Shown: positions 1 through 13,290, counted from the first letter of the stretch. The stretch is 64,000 bases of DNA from Octopus sinensis (GCF_006345805.1 NC_042998.1:7440001-7504000); one strand, 5' to 3'. Numbers and translations: made by a program. Notes: a model not told the origin generated them from the sequence alone.

Positions 1-564
1 GCAAAAGTGACTAATACCTAGAAGTCCTTGGTTTATTAGTGTGTTACAAGGGGGTAAAAATGAAATGCTTGAGACAAGCATTATGAGCACATAACTGTCT
101 TGTCACAGATGAAATTATCCATGCATTAGCAAAACAACTCTGTAGTAAAAATCAACGTGCTGTTTTCCTCTGCAGAGGAAGACAATTTTCCCTTACTTCG
201 TGGTATGGCAAAAGAAGAGTTTGAAGAAAGGCATTTTTCTTTCTGGCCAAACTCCCATCAACTTCAAGTACCACTTGAAGCGGAAGGTGGGGGTAGAGAG
301 AGAGGTACTGCCTTTTAATGTGTTTAGCAAAAGGAGGATGAGAGTAGCTTGACTGATGAGGTTGAATAAGCTAACTCTGAGTGTGGTATTTTAAATTGGA
401 GGAAAAAAGCTGGGAGAGGGCACTTTTTATGCCTTGGGTGTAGAACCTAGGCCGATGGGTGGAATTTGTAACAAATTACTCTAGATAGTCATCTCTGCTA
501 TTAAGATATTTTCTTGCTGGAATTTTTATTGTTGATCTTTTACTCATTGCAAACCCCACTTCCA

Positions 565-597
<33 letters not shown>

Positions 598-600
<3 letters not shown>

Positions 601-714
601 CAATAAAAGGCTTCCAAATAAGGAAGTGTTGTGCTAGAATACAAAAAGGGATAAATTCATGAAAGGAATGTATTCTAGCACAACGCTTCCTTATTTGGAA
701 GCCTTTTATTGTAT
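598..714. repeat. Fold-back palindrome (about 46-bp arms) beside (TA)n
   Basis: atacaataaaaggcttccaaataaggaagtgttgtgctagaataca and its reverse complement at 669-714, one mismatch. Confidence 0.9.
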
Positions 715-894
715 TTCTATATGAATAATATATAGTCTAATGACTAACTCGACTTTTGTGCTGGGTCACTGGTAATAATAATTTATTTTTATTACCCTTA
801 TTATGTTTATATATATATATATATATATATATAAATATACTTCATACTTATATCCTCAATGTCTCAGCCTTTTGAGGTCAATAAAAGAACTAAG

Positions 895-1480
895 GCAACA
901 GATTGACAGAATCAGTGGAACATTGGAAAAAATGCTTTGTATTATTTCTTCCACCTCTGTGTAGTCAGAGTTCAGATGTTGCTGAAGTCAGCTTTGCCTA
1001 GCATCTCTGTCTGGACTGAATAAAGTAAAGTACTAGTCCAGTACTGGGATCAATGGTATTGAGTAAAATCCTTCCTTCAAAACTGCTAACCTTGAGTCTA
1101 GATCGGAAATTATCATCAAATCATCACAAAAAAAAATGCCTTGTTTTATTTGTTAAATTTTGAGCTCAAATATTGCCAAGGTCAACTCTGTTTCCATGTT
1201 TTTTTTTGTGGTCAGTATAATCAACTTGCTCCCCTCCACCTTAAAGTTGATGACCTTGTGACAAAATTAGAAAGAATTATTATTAAGGTGGCAAGCCTTT
1301 TGCACATCAGACAAAATGCTTTGCAACATTTCTTCAGGCTCTTCACATTCTGAGTTCATCTTTGTTTTGACCCTGTTGGGGGTTTATAAAATAATGTGTC
1401 AGTCAAGTGCTGGGTCCAATATAATTAATCCCCCACCCTAAAATTGCAGGCCTTGAGCCAAAATTTGAAACAATTATCAT
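895..1480 (+). mobile_element. Cluster of degenerate SINE family B copies
   Basis: Repeated decayed ctgagttcaaat..gccaaggtcaacttt..ggtcaataaa..agtaccagt blocks matching intact copies at 45443 and 48433. Confidence 0.6.
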
Positions 1481-1494
1481 CCTTATTATTTCAG

Positions 1495-1563
1495 ATTGCT
1501 CACGTCATTAGAGAAATACAAGTATTTCAGCAAACACCATACAGAATTGAACATCATCCAAGA
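1495..1563 (+). CDS. RASGRF: Penultimate coding exon of a RasGRF-like Ras guanine nucleotide exchange factor (C-terminal CDC25/RasGEF domain)
   Basis: Acceptor ttatttcag|ATT and donor AGA|gtaaga. The 69-nt phase-0 exon translates IAHVIREIQVFQQTPYRIEHHPR, matching my recollection of vertebrate RASGRF1/2 (ISHIIREIRQFQQTAYKIEH...). Confidence 0.88.
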
Positions 1564-2322
1564 GTAAGAGATATCCAATTCCAAATTCTTGTTTCTTTAT
1601 ATGTATGACTGGAATATATTGTTACTTCATTTACATTGTTCTATATTGCTGTTTGACAGATTTCTTTTAAGCAATTATTTCCATGTAAAACACTTTAGCA
1701 TAAACTGATTAAAATATGACTGTACAGCCAGTGCTTAAACGATTAGCACCATCGAATTTAGAGCTTTTCTTCATAATACAATAGAGTAAAGGCTGATAAG
1801 TTTGTAGTTATATTCTCTGTTGGAGAAAAGAATATGTCACCTTGGCAATAAAATTACCAGTTCCGCCCTTGTAGTATCAATGTGTAGAAAACAGAGAAAT
1901 GATTTTTTATCATTTTTATAAAAAAAAGTTATTCTAAGCTGAAGCTCAAAAAAATTACCTAGATTTCAAACTCCTCTTACTGGAAGTAAGGAGGCAAGAA
2001 TTACTAATGGTGCATGAAAAAAGAAACTTCAATAATTTTCTCTTGACCGTTGTTCTTAATGCATGCAATATGTGTTTTATATAAATATGTGTGTGTGTGT
2101 GTGTATATATATGTGTGTGTGTATATATATATATATCGTTTTTGGATTTGGTTTGCAAGATTCTTTATATGAGTGTGTGTGTTGAAGCATATTCTGTTGT
2201 GTGTGGGGAGAGTCATTTTCTTTTTGTGCCTAATAATGTAACACACTCACCGGTAAAATTTCCACTATTTTTTCTTATTTTTATTTTCCTAAAATTTTCG
2301 TTGTGTCTTGCAGCCTTTTCAA

Positions 2323-2606
2323 TAGTCTTGACTCTGCGCGAAGGTTGTTCTTCACCACCTCGTCCCAGGTTTTCCTGGGTCTACCTCTTCCACAGGTTCC
2401 CTCAACCGCTAGGGTGTGGCACTTTTTCACACAACTATCTTCATCCATTCTTACTACATGTCCATACCAGCGTAGATGCCTCTCTTGCACACCACATCTG
2501 ATGCTTCTTAGGTCCAACTTTTCTCTCAAGGCACTTACACATCCAACGGAGCATACTGGCTTCATTTCTTGCGAGCTTACGCATATCCTCAGCAGTCACG
2601 GCCCAT
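2323..2606 (-). mobile_element. RTE-clade LINE ORF 3' fragment
   Basis: Minus-strand peptides EASMLRWMC / RLRWYGHVVRMDED-like / GRGRPRKTWDEVVK, the typical RTE C-terminus. Confidence 0.8.
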
Positions 2607-2632
2607 GTATATATACATATATACACACATAT

Positions 2633-2671
<39 letters not shown>

Positions 2672-2754
2672 CACATATACATATATACACACACACATAT
2701 ACACACACAGATTCTTTTCTACACTTGGAACAAGGCCTGCAATTTTGGGGGAGG

Positions 2755-2882
2755 GGGCCAGTTGATTAGATCGACCCTAGTATGCAACTGCTACTTAATT
2801 TATCGACCCTGAAATTATGAAACGCAAGGTCGACTTCGACGGAATTTGTGCCCAGCGTGTTGACCATTCTGCCAGTTTGCCA
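2755..2882 (-). mobile_element. SINE family B fragment
   Basis: Reverse-complement match to the ggcagaa..ttccgtcgaagtcgacctt..ggtcgataaattaag core. Confidence 0.6.
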
Positions 2883-3077
2883 CAATATCAGTTTGTCCCT
2901 AGTATAGCTTGACAACTGGTGTTGGTTTGTTCACATCCCTGTAACGTCCTTGAAAGCACTGCCCCAGCATGGCCTTGGTTAATTGGCTGAAAGAAATAAA
3001 AGAAGACCTGAAACTGCAAATGTCTCTGCCCAGTATATATCAATAAGAGAAAGGGGGAAATTCAAGAAGGAATTATT

Positions 3078-3262
3078 AAAAAAAAATTTTAAATAACCTT
3101 TACACCCCTCCTGCACAAATTTTTCCAATTTTTGACACTCTAGAGACATCAAATCTTATGTATCTTGGCATTTTAGATTCATAAGCTCTGATGTCTCTAA
3201 AGTGTCAAAACTTGGAAAAATTTGTGCAGGAGGGGTGTAAAGGTTATTTAAAATTTTTTTTT
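3078..3262. repeat. Fold-back palindrome (about 80-bp arms)
   Basis: aaataacctttacacccctcctgcacaaatttttccaa..gacactctagagacatca mirrored by tgatgtctctaaagtgtc..tttgtgcaggaggggtgtaaaggttattt. Confidence 0.9.
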
Positions 3263-3487
3263 TTTTTTTTTTTTTTAATACCTCCATATTTATTTATTGG
3301 TATGTGAAAATATATAAAATGAGTAATGCAGGTTTAATATTCAGAGGAATATCTAAAATTTGGATTTATACCCACTCTCTAAAACTGGGGATCTTGTGAA
3401 CTTTCTGAAATCCTCTCTCCATCCTGTTGATTTCCGCACATTTTTTTTTCATATTCGTTTTCCTACACATTTTGTTATGTCTGTTGC

Positions 3488-3881
3488 ACTCTCTTTTAAT
3501 TGTTTCAGTCATTTGACTGCGGCCATGCTGGAGCACAGCCTTTAGTCGAGCAAATCGACCCCCGGGACTTATTCTTTGTAAGCCCAGTACTTATTCTATT
3601 GGTCTCTTTTGCCGAACCGCTAAGTGACGGGGACGTAAACACACCAGCATCAGTTGTCAAGCAATGCTAGGGGGACAAACACAGACACAAAAACACACAC
3701 ATACATATATATACATATATACGACGGGCTTCTTTCAGTTTCCATCTACCAAATCCACTCACAAGGCATTGGTCAGCCCGGGGCTATAGCAGAAGACACT
3801 TGCCCGAGATGCCACACAGTGGGACTGAACCCGGAACCATGTGGTTGGTTAGCAAGCTACTTACCACACAGCCACTCGTGC
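3488..3881 (-). mobile_element. tRNA-derived SINE family A (CORE-like domain), near full length
   Basis: Reverse complement of the copies at 19119 and 46808: tRNA-like head (gtggctgtgtggtaag..ggttcagtccc), tgggcaagtgtctt block, internal (TG)n, tail gactgaaacaagtaaaagag. Confidence 0.85.
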
Positions 3882-4246
3882 ACTATTTTTTTTTTTTATT
3901 TTGTTTCTGGATAATATTGTAAACATTGAATAACAAATGCAGGATGTAAAGTCACACAAACAGATACACACTAGGCTTCTCTACAGTTTCCATTTCTCCA
4001 TCTCACAAGGCATTGGTCAGCCCAAGGTTTTCGTAGAAGTCTTCTGCTATGCAGCAGGATAACCATACGATTACACGGCCAAACTTGCGCCTATTTGTTT
4101 AGGGATCAATCAGAGGAGAAGGGGCCTAAAACGGGCTAGCAATGCCCAGGACTGTTGCAGGGTCTTTGAGAATGGTGGTGCAAAAGAAAGGACCTTCTGG
4201 CTCTGAGGTGAGAGGTGTTATCGGACTGGAGAAGAGGTCCGGCTGC

Positions 4247-4525
4247 ATGCATATACATACACACACATACGCAAACACACACACATACACACACACATAT
4301 ATATATACATACATATACATACACACACACATACATACACACACACATATATATATACATACACATATATACATACATATACATACACACACATACATAC
4401 ATATACATACACACACACATACATACATATACATACACACACACACATACATACACACATATATATATATATATATACACACATATATACATATATATAT
4501 ATACACATATATATACATATATATA
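4247..4525. repeat. Compound (CA)/(TA) microsatellite
   Basis: Directly visible; source of the spurious HT/YI/CV ORFs. Confidence 0.95.
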
Positions 4526-5475
4526 TTTATTTATATTATATAGAGGGTACTATTATTCATAGGTACCGCACGCTAGGAGGGACTCTTGCAGTCAAAACTA
4601 CTAAAATAAACAAATTGTACCGAATGCAAAACTTCAAAGTAAGTCATTTAAAAACAGAATTTAGTTACATATCACCTGTGATTTCGCAATCAATGCAGAA
4701 TATGCATTCTATGCTCTTCAGTGCAACGAACTCAAGACATGTAATGAAAAAACACAATATAGCATACCCGACAGCCAACCGTAGAATTCGTCGTAGCATG
4801 TACGAATGTTTATCCTTACATATCTATGAAAATGGCGGGCTTATTCGCAATGCATTTCGGTAACAATTTGCCTATTCAGAACAAAAATTCAGTATTGAAC
4901 TATTCTGGTGAAAAATATAAATTTAAAATTAAAGATAAAATCTTTATAAGAAATTATCAGTAGTTAGCGTGAAAAACCTCATAAGAGAAAAAATCTGTAA
5001 ATTTTTCCACTTTGAAAATATTTATTTATATTATATAGAGGGTACTATTATTCATAGGTACCGCATGCTAGGAGGGACTCTTGCAGTCAAAACTACTAAA
5101 ATAAACAAATTGTACCGAATGCAAAACTTCAAAGCAAGTCATTTAAAAACAGAATTTAGTTACATATCACCTGTGATTTCGCAAAACAAGGATCGAAAAA
5201 CAGACAATGTTACACAAATATTAATACAATAAAAATAATAATAACGACATAACAACAGGTGCCTTGACTGGGGATAAATTAAATTCAGTTGGTGTGTGTG
5301 GAAATGAAGCCTTACGGCAGAGATGCAAAAGTTTCAGAAACACAGGGAAGAATATCGATGTTGCACGGACAACGGTCAGACCCCAAAAGACAGTTAGCAG
5401 TCTGGCCTATCGGTTACGTGGGAAGAGAAGAGGGAGAAAAGGAGGAACAAAAGAATTAAGGAGGGAGAAGAGAGA
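4524..5475 (-). mobile_element. Partial tandem repeat (about 165-bp direct repeat, 495-nt period) carrying a hammerhead ribozyme; Penelope pLTR- or retrozyme-like
   Basis: 4524-4690 is nearly identical to 5019-5184; bounded by (TA)n tracts; hammerhead at 4664-4727. Confidence 0.7.
4664..4727 (-). ncRNA. Type I hammerhead ribozyme, canonical core
   Basis: Minus strand reads GUUGCA-CUGAAGA-GCA..UGC-GAAA-UCACAGGUGA-UA-UGUAAC: 6-bp stem I, stem II closed by G-C, stem III AUCAC/GUGAU, AUA cleavage triplet. Confidence 0.85.
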
Positions 5476-5702
5476 GATTTATATATATATATATATGTAT
5501 GTATAATGAGAAAAACACACACTCCTATAGTAGTTAATAGAGTGGGTATATTATCATCTGTAAAATGTTATATTATAGGTAAATAACAGTCAATTTACCA
5601 ATTGGTTTTTTAGTACAAAGTTGAGAAAACAATCCTGGCAATCAGAAAAGGCTATGTGTTTGTGTATATATGTATACATATATAGATTTTATATACATAT
5701 AT

Positions 5703-5980
5703 ACATCATCATTTAATGTCTTTCTTCCATGCATGGATGGGATGGTTGACAGGAGCTGGCCATGTAGAAAACTACCCTAGGCTACAGTGTCTGTTTTGGC
5801 AGGGTTTTTATTGCTGGATGCCCTTCCTAACACCAACTACTCTGCGGAGTGGGCTAAGTGTTTTTTACTAGGCACTAGCACGGGCTAGTTTTGGCATGAT
5901 TTTTTTATTGCTGGATGCCCTTCCAAATGCTAACCACTTTACAGTGTGGACTGAATGCTTTTTATGTGGCACCAGCACCG
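5703..5980 (-). mobile_element. RTE-type 3' tail (degenerate, internally repeated)
   Basis: catcatcatttaatgtc..ttccatgc..gctggatgcccttcctaac is the reverse complement of the tail at 6250-6400. Confidence 0.65.
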
Positions 5981-6069
5981 AAATTGAACCAATCCTATGT
6001 CTGGCACCCGGCAGTTGTCAGGACCGCTGGACTGAATCCTGTGCAGGCGGCAAGTGGAGAAACACCATT

Positions 6070-6400
6070 TCGACCCTGTGCTTGAGGAGATCCATTGAGT
6101 CAAGTACACCAACATCAAAATCAATGGAAACTGCAGTTGTGGTCCCTGTGCTGGTGGCACGTAAAAAGCACTATCCGAATCGTGGCCAATGCCAGAGCTG
6201 CCTTGACTGGCTTCCATGCAGGTGGCACGTAAAAAGCACCCACTACACTCACGGAGTGGTTGGCGTTAGGAAGGGCATCCAGCTGTAGAAACACTGCCAG
6301 ATCAGACTGGAGCCTGGTGCAGCCTCCTGGCTTCCCAGATCCCCGGTCGAACCGTCCAACCCATGCTAGCATGGAAAACGGACGTTAAACGATGATGATG
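6070..6400 (+). mobile_element. RTE-type LINE 3' UTR/tail
   Basis: Ends gcatggaaaacggacgttaaac(gat)n; the same tail follows RTE coding sequence at 28235-28932. Confidence 0.75.
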
Positions 6401-6447
6401 TGTATGTATGATAATTCTTTGCTATAATAAGATTTGTTATTTTTCAG

Positions 6448-6564
6448 GTAACCAACTATTTATTGGATCCCAGCAGACTTATGACAGATGAAGAAGCTTA
6501 TAGAGCATCACTGGAAATCGAACCTAAACAATCACGATTGTCAGTACCTATTATAGACCCTTGA
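6448..6564 (+). CDS. RASGRF: Terminal coding exon of the RasGRF-like gene
   Basis: Acceptor gttatttttcag|GTA. Translates VTNYLLDPSRLMTDEEAYRASLEIEPKQSRLSVPIIDP*, in frame with 1495-1563 and containing the SLxIEP motif typical of RasGEF C-termini. Confidence 0.88.
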   Translation, partial: VTNYLLDPSRLMTDEEAYRASLEIEPKQSRLSVPIIDP

Positions 6565-9500
6565 AACTAATTTCTTGGTTGTGAGAGACATAACAAAACA
6601 TACACCCCCCCACCAGAGATTACTTGCACTTCATGGTGGTACCATATGAATGATTGGTGAAATTTGGAAATCTTTCTTGATATGTGCATTTATACAAATG
6701 TATGTGTATTTGTGCATATATTTGTGTATGTGTGTGTACATATATCTATGTATGTATCTGTACATGTATGTACATACATTATGTGTGCACATTGAATCAA
6801 GATTTATATATGCACACATACATATATGAATATACAAACACATACATACATATATATATGCATGTATACACATATGCATACCCCATATAAATATATGGTG
6901 TTTGTGTATATATACTGACATACATACACATAAATATCCTTTGTATATATGTGTATGTAATTCCACATGTATATCAAAGGAAATGACACTAAAAAAATGA
7001 CAGTGGATGATCAAAAGTTAACCTTTTGAAAAAAAAAAAAAAAATTATTAATAATTATTGTTGTTGTTGTTTTTTCCATATAAAGATAAAGGAAAAAAAT
7101 AAAAGTAATTGAAATAAAAGTCATTAAAAATAGTATCCTAACTATCTGTGTGACTCCGGTATGCTGAACTTTCCACTGCTGGCTAAGAAAATTATGTGGA
7201 ATATGTATTTACCTACTGGAACATTGATATCGTCTTAAGCTGCAAATGTAGAAACAATAACAGATTATTGAGAATAGCTACTTATGGTTAGTTATTGTTT
7301 TACTTTCATCTAACTCAAGAAATAGCTACAATATTTGAAGTGTATTAAGCTCATATATCCTGTCAACTATAGAATAAATTGATAGCTGTTGAACATCATC
7401 AAATAGAAAATTAGAAAAAAAAATTGATTAACAAAAAAAAAATAAAGAAAATGGCCGGTGAAAAATCAAATGTTTTAATTTAATAAAATTGTTTGATGGT
7501 GAAGGAGAACAGTATTATCATTGTCAGGATGATATCAGCAAACTTACGTAGGTAAAAGGAAGATAATATTTGATTTAAATAATAACCGTAAGGCTGTACG
7601 AATTTTGAGACAGTTAAATGTCAAAGATATAAAAATTAGGAAAACTAAGGGATATAGGATGGCATTTAATGAAGCAATGAAATGTTAAATTTCAATTTCA
7701 ATTTCAAAATTAATGTGATAAGGGAAAGCATAATGAAAACCAATACATTCCACAAAAAAAAAAAAAGCAAAACACTGACTATTATAAGGGAAAGAAGGTA
7801 TATAAAAACATGCAGTAACTATTAAAAGGAATATGTATGTATGCCTGCAGCTGTTTATATGTCTCAAGAAGATAAAACCATATCTTTAAAAAAAAAAAAA
7901 GGTATTTTAAAGAAATAACTACTGTATTGAAGGAATTGAAAAGTATCTTATACCTTCTCAAATATAAGCACATAAATTCGAATGAAGAAATATAAAAATA
8001 CAGTAGAAAAAGAATTTTAACTATTTTTGTTTCTATGCTGCATATACAAAAAAAAAAGTGAATATAATTGTTGACATTCATTTATAAATTAAGATATTTT
8101 TTTGTGGAAAATTTCTATAAACTGGTGAGTCTAGGATCTTACTGGTTATCAGTATTACTTTCTTCTTACAGGTCAACTAATTATTTTATCTTACATTGCT
8201 GGGAAACAATTATAATTATGGAGCTAAAACCACATTTAACACTAATAAGGATTTCGTTACAGATGATATAGAAGTTTCTATAGATATCTTCCCCCAATTT
8301 TTAGACTAGCTGGTTAATTTGTTTCAATCACCCTATAACGGTAGAGTTGTGTCTGAATCTTCTGCGATCAATGTGATAGTTCCTTAACACTCAGCACTCA
8401 ACCAAAGGTTTTCTTCAAACATCTCTTCTACCTAAGAAACTATTCAATCTCTTGCTGTTGATTGCACATTAATTTGTTTTCCAACATTCTTTGCTAACCT
8501 AATATACCTGCTTAAATTGAAAAATATGTCACACACACACACTTTTCTTAAAATCTATTCTTTCAAAGAGATTACAGGATTACAATTACTTTATTTTATT
8601 TAAACAAATCCTGACAGCCAACTATTGTATTTTTATCAAGAAGCTTCCCATTTTTGCAAATCTCAAAATTGAATCTATTTTCTTTAGCTAAATCCTTAGT
8701 ATAGTTCTTTTCCCCTGCCAATATATTCAAGTGTAGTCTTCCTACCCAGAGCATGAGTTTTAACCCTTATCTCGAATATATTTTTTATCTTTTGAGAATC
8801 TCAGGCCAGTCTATTAATGGTACATAGATACAACAGATGAAATAAATTCTGACTGCATTCTACCATTCTGTTATTTTTCTATAGCTTATTTATCTAATAA
8901 GTTAAATTAATGTGTAGAAAAGTTAAGCATTCTCACTCTTTAACTTCATATTGTTTTCATTTCAAACAAAATATTTAGACTTGTTTATTCAAGTTTGCAG
9001 CTTACACAGGTGAGAAGTCTTCTGAATCTCTTAAGGCTACAAGTTTCAGTAAGTCACTGGGTAGCAGGGGATAACAGAAGACCCCCTCTTCATGTGATAA
9101 GTGAAAGGCAAATTAAGCTGGCAAAGTAGATTCCATTCCAAATTACAGTCTCGAGTCATGTTTATACACATGAAATCTTTGTGATTTTCAATGTTTTCCA
9201 AAGAATGTAAGTAAAATAAAATAGCTCTGACCAAGAATCTAAGTGGGGGTCGTGGATTGGGGCCATTAGTAGTTTACTTCCATTTTATTGTGTTCAATTT
9301 TATTATAAAATGGAATTACATTATACATATTTTCAACAAAATGTTTAAGAAGAATTTTCAAAGGAAATAGATGATAATGTAGAAAACTGCCAAATTGGCA
9401 GCTTATTCTTGAAATTTCCTTGTTCAAGTTATTTCTCATTTGTAAATCTATAGTTCAGAATTTCCAGTTTTAATTAGTAATATTCAAAAATCCATATAAC

Positions 9501-11500
9501 AAAATTCATCATGATCATTATTTTAGGTGGCGATCTCTGACTTACGTAGCTTTTTTTGCAGCAAATCTTACTTTTAAATTATTTAAATGAAAATATTTCT
9601 AAATATTTTGAAACCAGTAGAGAAATAAGTTGATTTTGTTAGCCTAGTGCTATGTAATAATAATAATAATAATTCATAATTTTCATTCATTAAAAGATTT
9701 ATATCTTATTTTAATGAATTTTATTAAGTTTGTTTTCTTTTTCTTTATGCTGGCACAGACAAACAGTTTTCTTTGCCTCTTATTTGTATTCCTTAATTAA
9801 ATACTTTTTTGAAGTTTTAACTTATTCTGGTTATCTGAGAGAATTTAAAATTTTTTTTTATACATTTGCTGCAAGTTTAGTAACAAAACAAACAAACAAA
9901 AAACAGAAATGGAAATTTAAATTATAGCTGATCTTCTGTTAAACTAAGATTAACTGTTAAGATAAGGGTGGTGGGGATTACAGAGGTAAGAGGAGATTAC
10001 TTAAACATATAAAAGACAATGAATACCTAAGGATTTTCAGAGATCCCCTAAGTGACAATTTAGATAACAGATAAGGTCTGCAAGTATAACTGAGGGACTT
10101 CAACACCATTCCAGACTGGGAATTAAAATTAATTCTATGTCATTTAAAAAAAAAAAATCTATATATTCTATGACACTATTTCCTTGTTGTAAAATAGTAC
10201 TTTTTTCTATATCTTCTATTGAACTTTTATCTAATAATAATAGGTTGTTTGTTTAACAAATTAATTGCTATTCATGTGGGAAGCATAAAATTATATGACA
10301 TAGAAAATAATGTGAGAGAAAGGCAACAAAAAATGGTTACAGGGTAAAATTGCAGAAAAAAAATGTAACAGAAAATGTCAGCTGATGGTTATAAAAAGTT
10401 AAGGGTCATGAACGAGAGTAAGTTAATTAATTATAAATAGAATAGAATAATAAAGATTCAAACTCAAATTAAGGAAGAAAATGATGACATTATTTACAAT
10501 TGACGGATATTTGTCCTCATCTTGTTTGTTGTTAACAACAAAGAAGATGAGGACAAATATCCATCAATTGTAAATAATGTACATAATTCTTCATCTCTTA
10601 AATATAGAACAGAAAAGGATTAGTTGAAATATATTAGATGAGAAGAATTCAGATCATTAGGGGTCTTTTACTTTCTAATTATAATAATCATTCACACAAA
10701 TTTTAATTATGAATTCCTTAAAAACAAGTTTTTTAAATATTTCTATATATGCATGTTATTTGATTTTACACACATAGTTCACACATTAATGAACACAATA
10801 CAAAAGCATTAACCACCATACATTTTGCAAATTTTCTTCCAAGTAGCCAAATTTCAGAGGTTGTATCAAGCTATATAGCTTTTCTACAAACTTTGTCAGG
10901 GATTTTATTTTAATCCAAGTTATTTTTATCAAAATTATCCTTCTTATCTTAAATTTTGTTTTACTTATTTCAAAAACCTTATAGTAAACCTTATAGATTG
11001 TTTCAGAAATATCTTAGACACATTTTTTCTTTGACATTTGTTATATATATATATTCATACATATATATATATATGCAAAGATGTACTTCAATTTAATCTT
11101 TTTTCAGAAAAGTGGGAAGGGAGTTTTCTAAACTTTGTTGATAAAATTTATTTTCTAGAAAACATTTTTTGAAATCTATTTAAATTGTTGCTTATAAATC
11201 CAAACCTGCCACTGTTGCTGCAATCATATCTGTACTGTCTGTGAACTATTTTCAAATATTTGTTATGTTACAACTTGTATCACTGCAACAAACATATTCA
11301 GCAGATTTCTTTTACACTTTATTTATCTGTTGTTTTGTTTACAAATGATACAGAAAAAAGGAAAAAAACTAAAAACAGTTCTTTTCTCGTTTTTCCTTTA
11401 TTTTTTATTGATGTCTAACTTTTTTTAGGTATTAAATTTCTTGGCACTATCAAAGGATAAAAGAAATTTACAGCTTGTTGAAGACAACCATACTTTTAGT
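6565..11500 (+). other. Putative long 3' UTR of the RasGRF-like gene (end uncertain)
   Basis: Follows the stop codon. A/T-rich, with no recognisable SINE/LINE for about 5 kb and several AATAAA hexamers; the true poly(A) site cannot be determined. Confidence 0.4.
10487..10580. repeat. Fold-back palindrome (about 45-bp arms)
   Basis: acattatttacaattgacggatatttgtcctcatctt..gttaac..aagatgaggacaaatatccatcaattgtaaataatgt. Confidence 0.9.
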
Positions 11501-11691
11501 AGTGTAATACACACATATATATATATATATGTATGTATATGTATATATATGTTTTTAACAATTGCTTTGTCATAGCACAAATGAAATTCCTTAACAAAAA
11601 TCTTGGGAAGCATGAAGTATATACAACCATAAATGAATGAATACATCGATCAATGCATACCCAAGTATATGAGGTGTGTATGTGTGAGTGG

Positions 11692-11744
<53 letters not shown>

Positions 11745-11761
11745 TATATATACATATATAT

Positions 11762-11808
<47 letters not shown>

Positions 11809-12103
11809 CATACACACATGTAGGTCCAAAGCCTGGATCCACAATAAATTTTCCTCATTGTGATCCATGTATAGTGGCCTGGGCAAAATGTAAAGATATT
11901 TTGTGAAAGATCAATAAGTCAATATTATTTTTGACAATAAAGTACAAGGAAGAACATACATCTACATGTTACAATCTGTTCTTATCACTTAATTAGGTGA
12001 CATGTTTTTGGCAAAGAGATGTAAAATATTATTTTAACAAGACTGTTAAATACAGAGCTGTACTTGCATAGCAAGTAACTTGATCTGATATCGTGTGCTG
12101 TAG

Positions 12104-12406
12104 CAAAAACAATTGCTGCATGGAAGATGTAAGTCATTTAAGAACACACAAAAACCATTGGTTTCACTTCAACATTTTAATTCAATTTGTGTTAAAAATA
12201 TTTTTGTCACTTTGAAAGCACAACCTGTTCACTGATAAAACCTTCTGCTGCATCTCAGCACGAAATTTTGTCAGTGAAAAAGTTACTGTTTCAAAGCAAT
12301 GAAAATATTTTGACACAAATTAAATTTAAATGTTGAAGTGAAACTAAATGGTTTTTGTATGTTCTTAAATAGCTTACAAACACCTGCCATGCTGCAATTG
12401 CTTTTG
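12104..12406. repeat. Diverged fold-back palindrome (about 145-bp arms) with a hammerhead-like relic in each arm
   Basis: Mirrored caattgc/aagaacacacaaaaacc/tttcacttcaacattt blocks. Arms read GTGAA(C/A)A-stem-(G/A)AAA-ATAT-TT-T(G/A)AC. Confidence 0.75.
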
Positions 12407-12669
12407 TGTTAAGTACATTTTTGCCATTAGTATGAGAAATTATAAAGCATTTTCAAGAAGGTACATCAAGAAATGATGTGTTGTTGAATGATTACCAAAG
12501 TCTCCAGATTGAAGTCTCTGCTTTTCTTTCTACAGTCAACCAGAATCAAGCTAAAGCAATCTGATCCCTTATAATTTGGGGCATTAAAGGAAAAGAGTTT
12601 TCTTTTTATGGATCCAGACTTTCACACGTGTATTTCAACGTATTTGTGAGTGTATAATACTTGTATGTT

Positions 12670-12864
12670 TATACATACACACACACACACACACACGAAT
12701 ATATATACACACAAACATATATATACATACACACACACACAAACATATATACATATATATATATATACACAAACATAAACATATATACATATATATATAT
12801 ACACAAACATAAACATATATACATATATATATATACACAAACATATATACATACACACACACAA

Positions 12865-12895
<31 letters not shown>

Positions 12896-13290
12896 TATAT
12901 ATAGACAGACAAACATATATATATACACACACACACAAACATATATATACACACAAATATATAGATACACACACATAAATATATATATATACACACATAC
13001 AAATATATATACACACAAATATACACACACGCACAAATATATATATATACACACACACAAATATATATATATATATATACACACACATATATATAGACAG
13101 ACAAACATATATATATACACACACACACAAACATATATATACACACAAATATATAGATACACACACATAAATATATATATATACACACATACAAATATAT
13201 ATACACACAAATATACACACACGCACAAATATATATATATACACACACACAAATATATATATATATATATACACACACATATATATATAA
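12670..13290. repeat. Compound (AC)/(AT) microsatellite with an internal 192-bp duplication
   Basis: The landmark atagacagacaaacat recurs at 12901 and 13093 with matching downstream sequence. Confidence 0.85.

Noticed and set aside
176-352. Open frame after ttttcctctgcag as an upstream RasGRF exon
   Set aside because: The peptide lacks the expected PYLG..LTDL..NFSKMRM sequence.
6441-6453. AG|GT recursive splice site at the last exon
   Set aside because: GTA is the conserved Val codon, the intron is short, and there is no downstream exon evidence.
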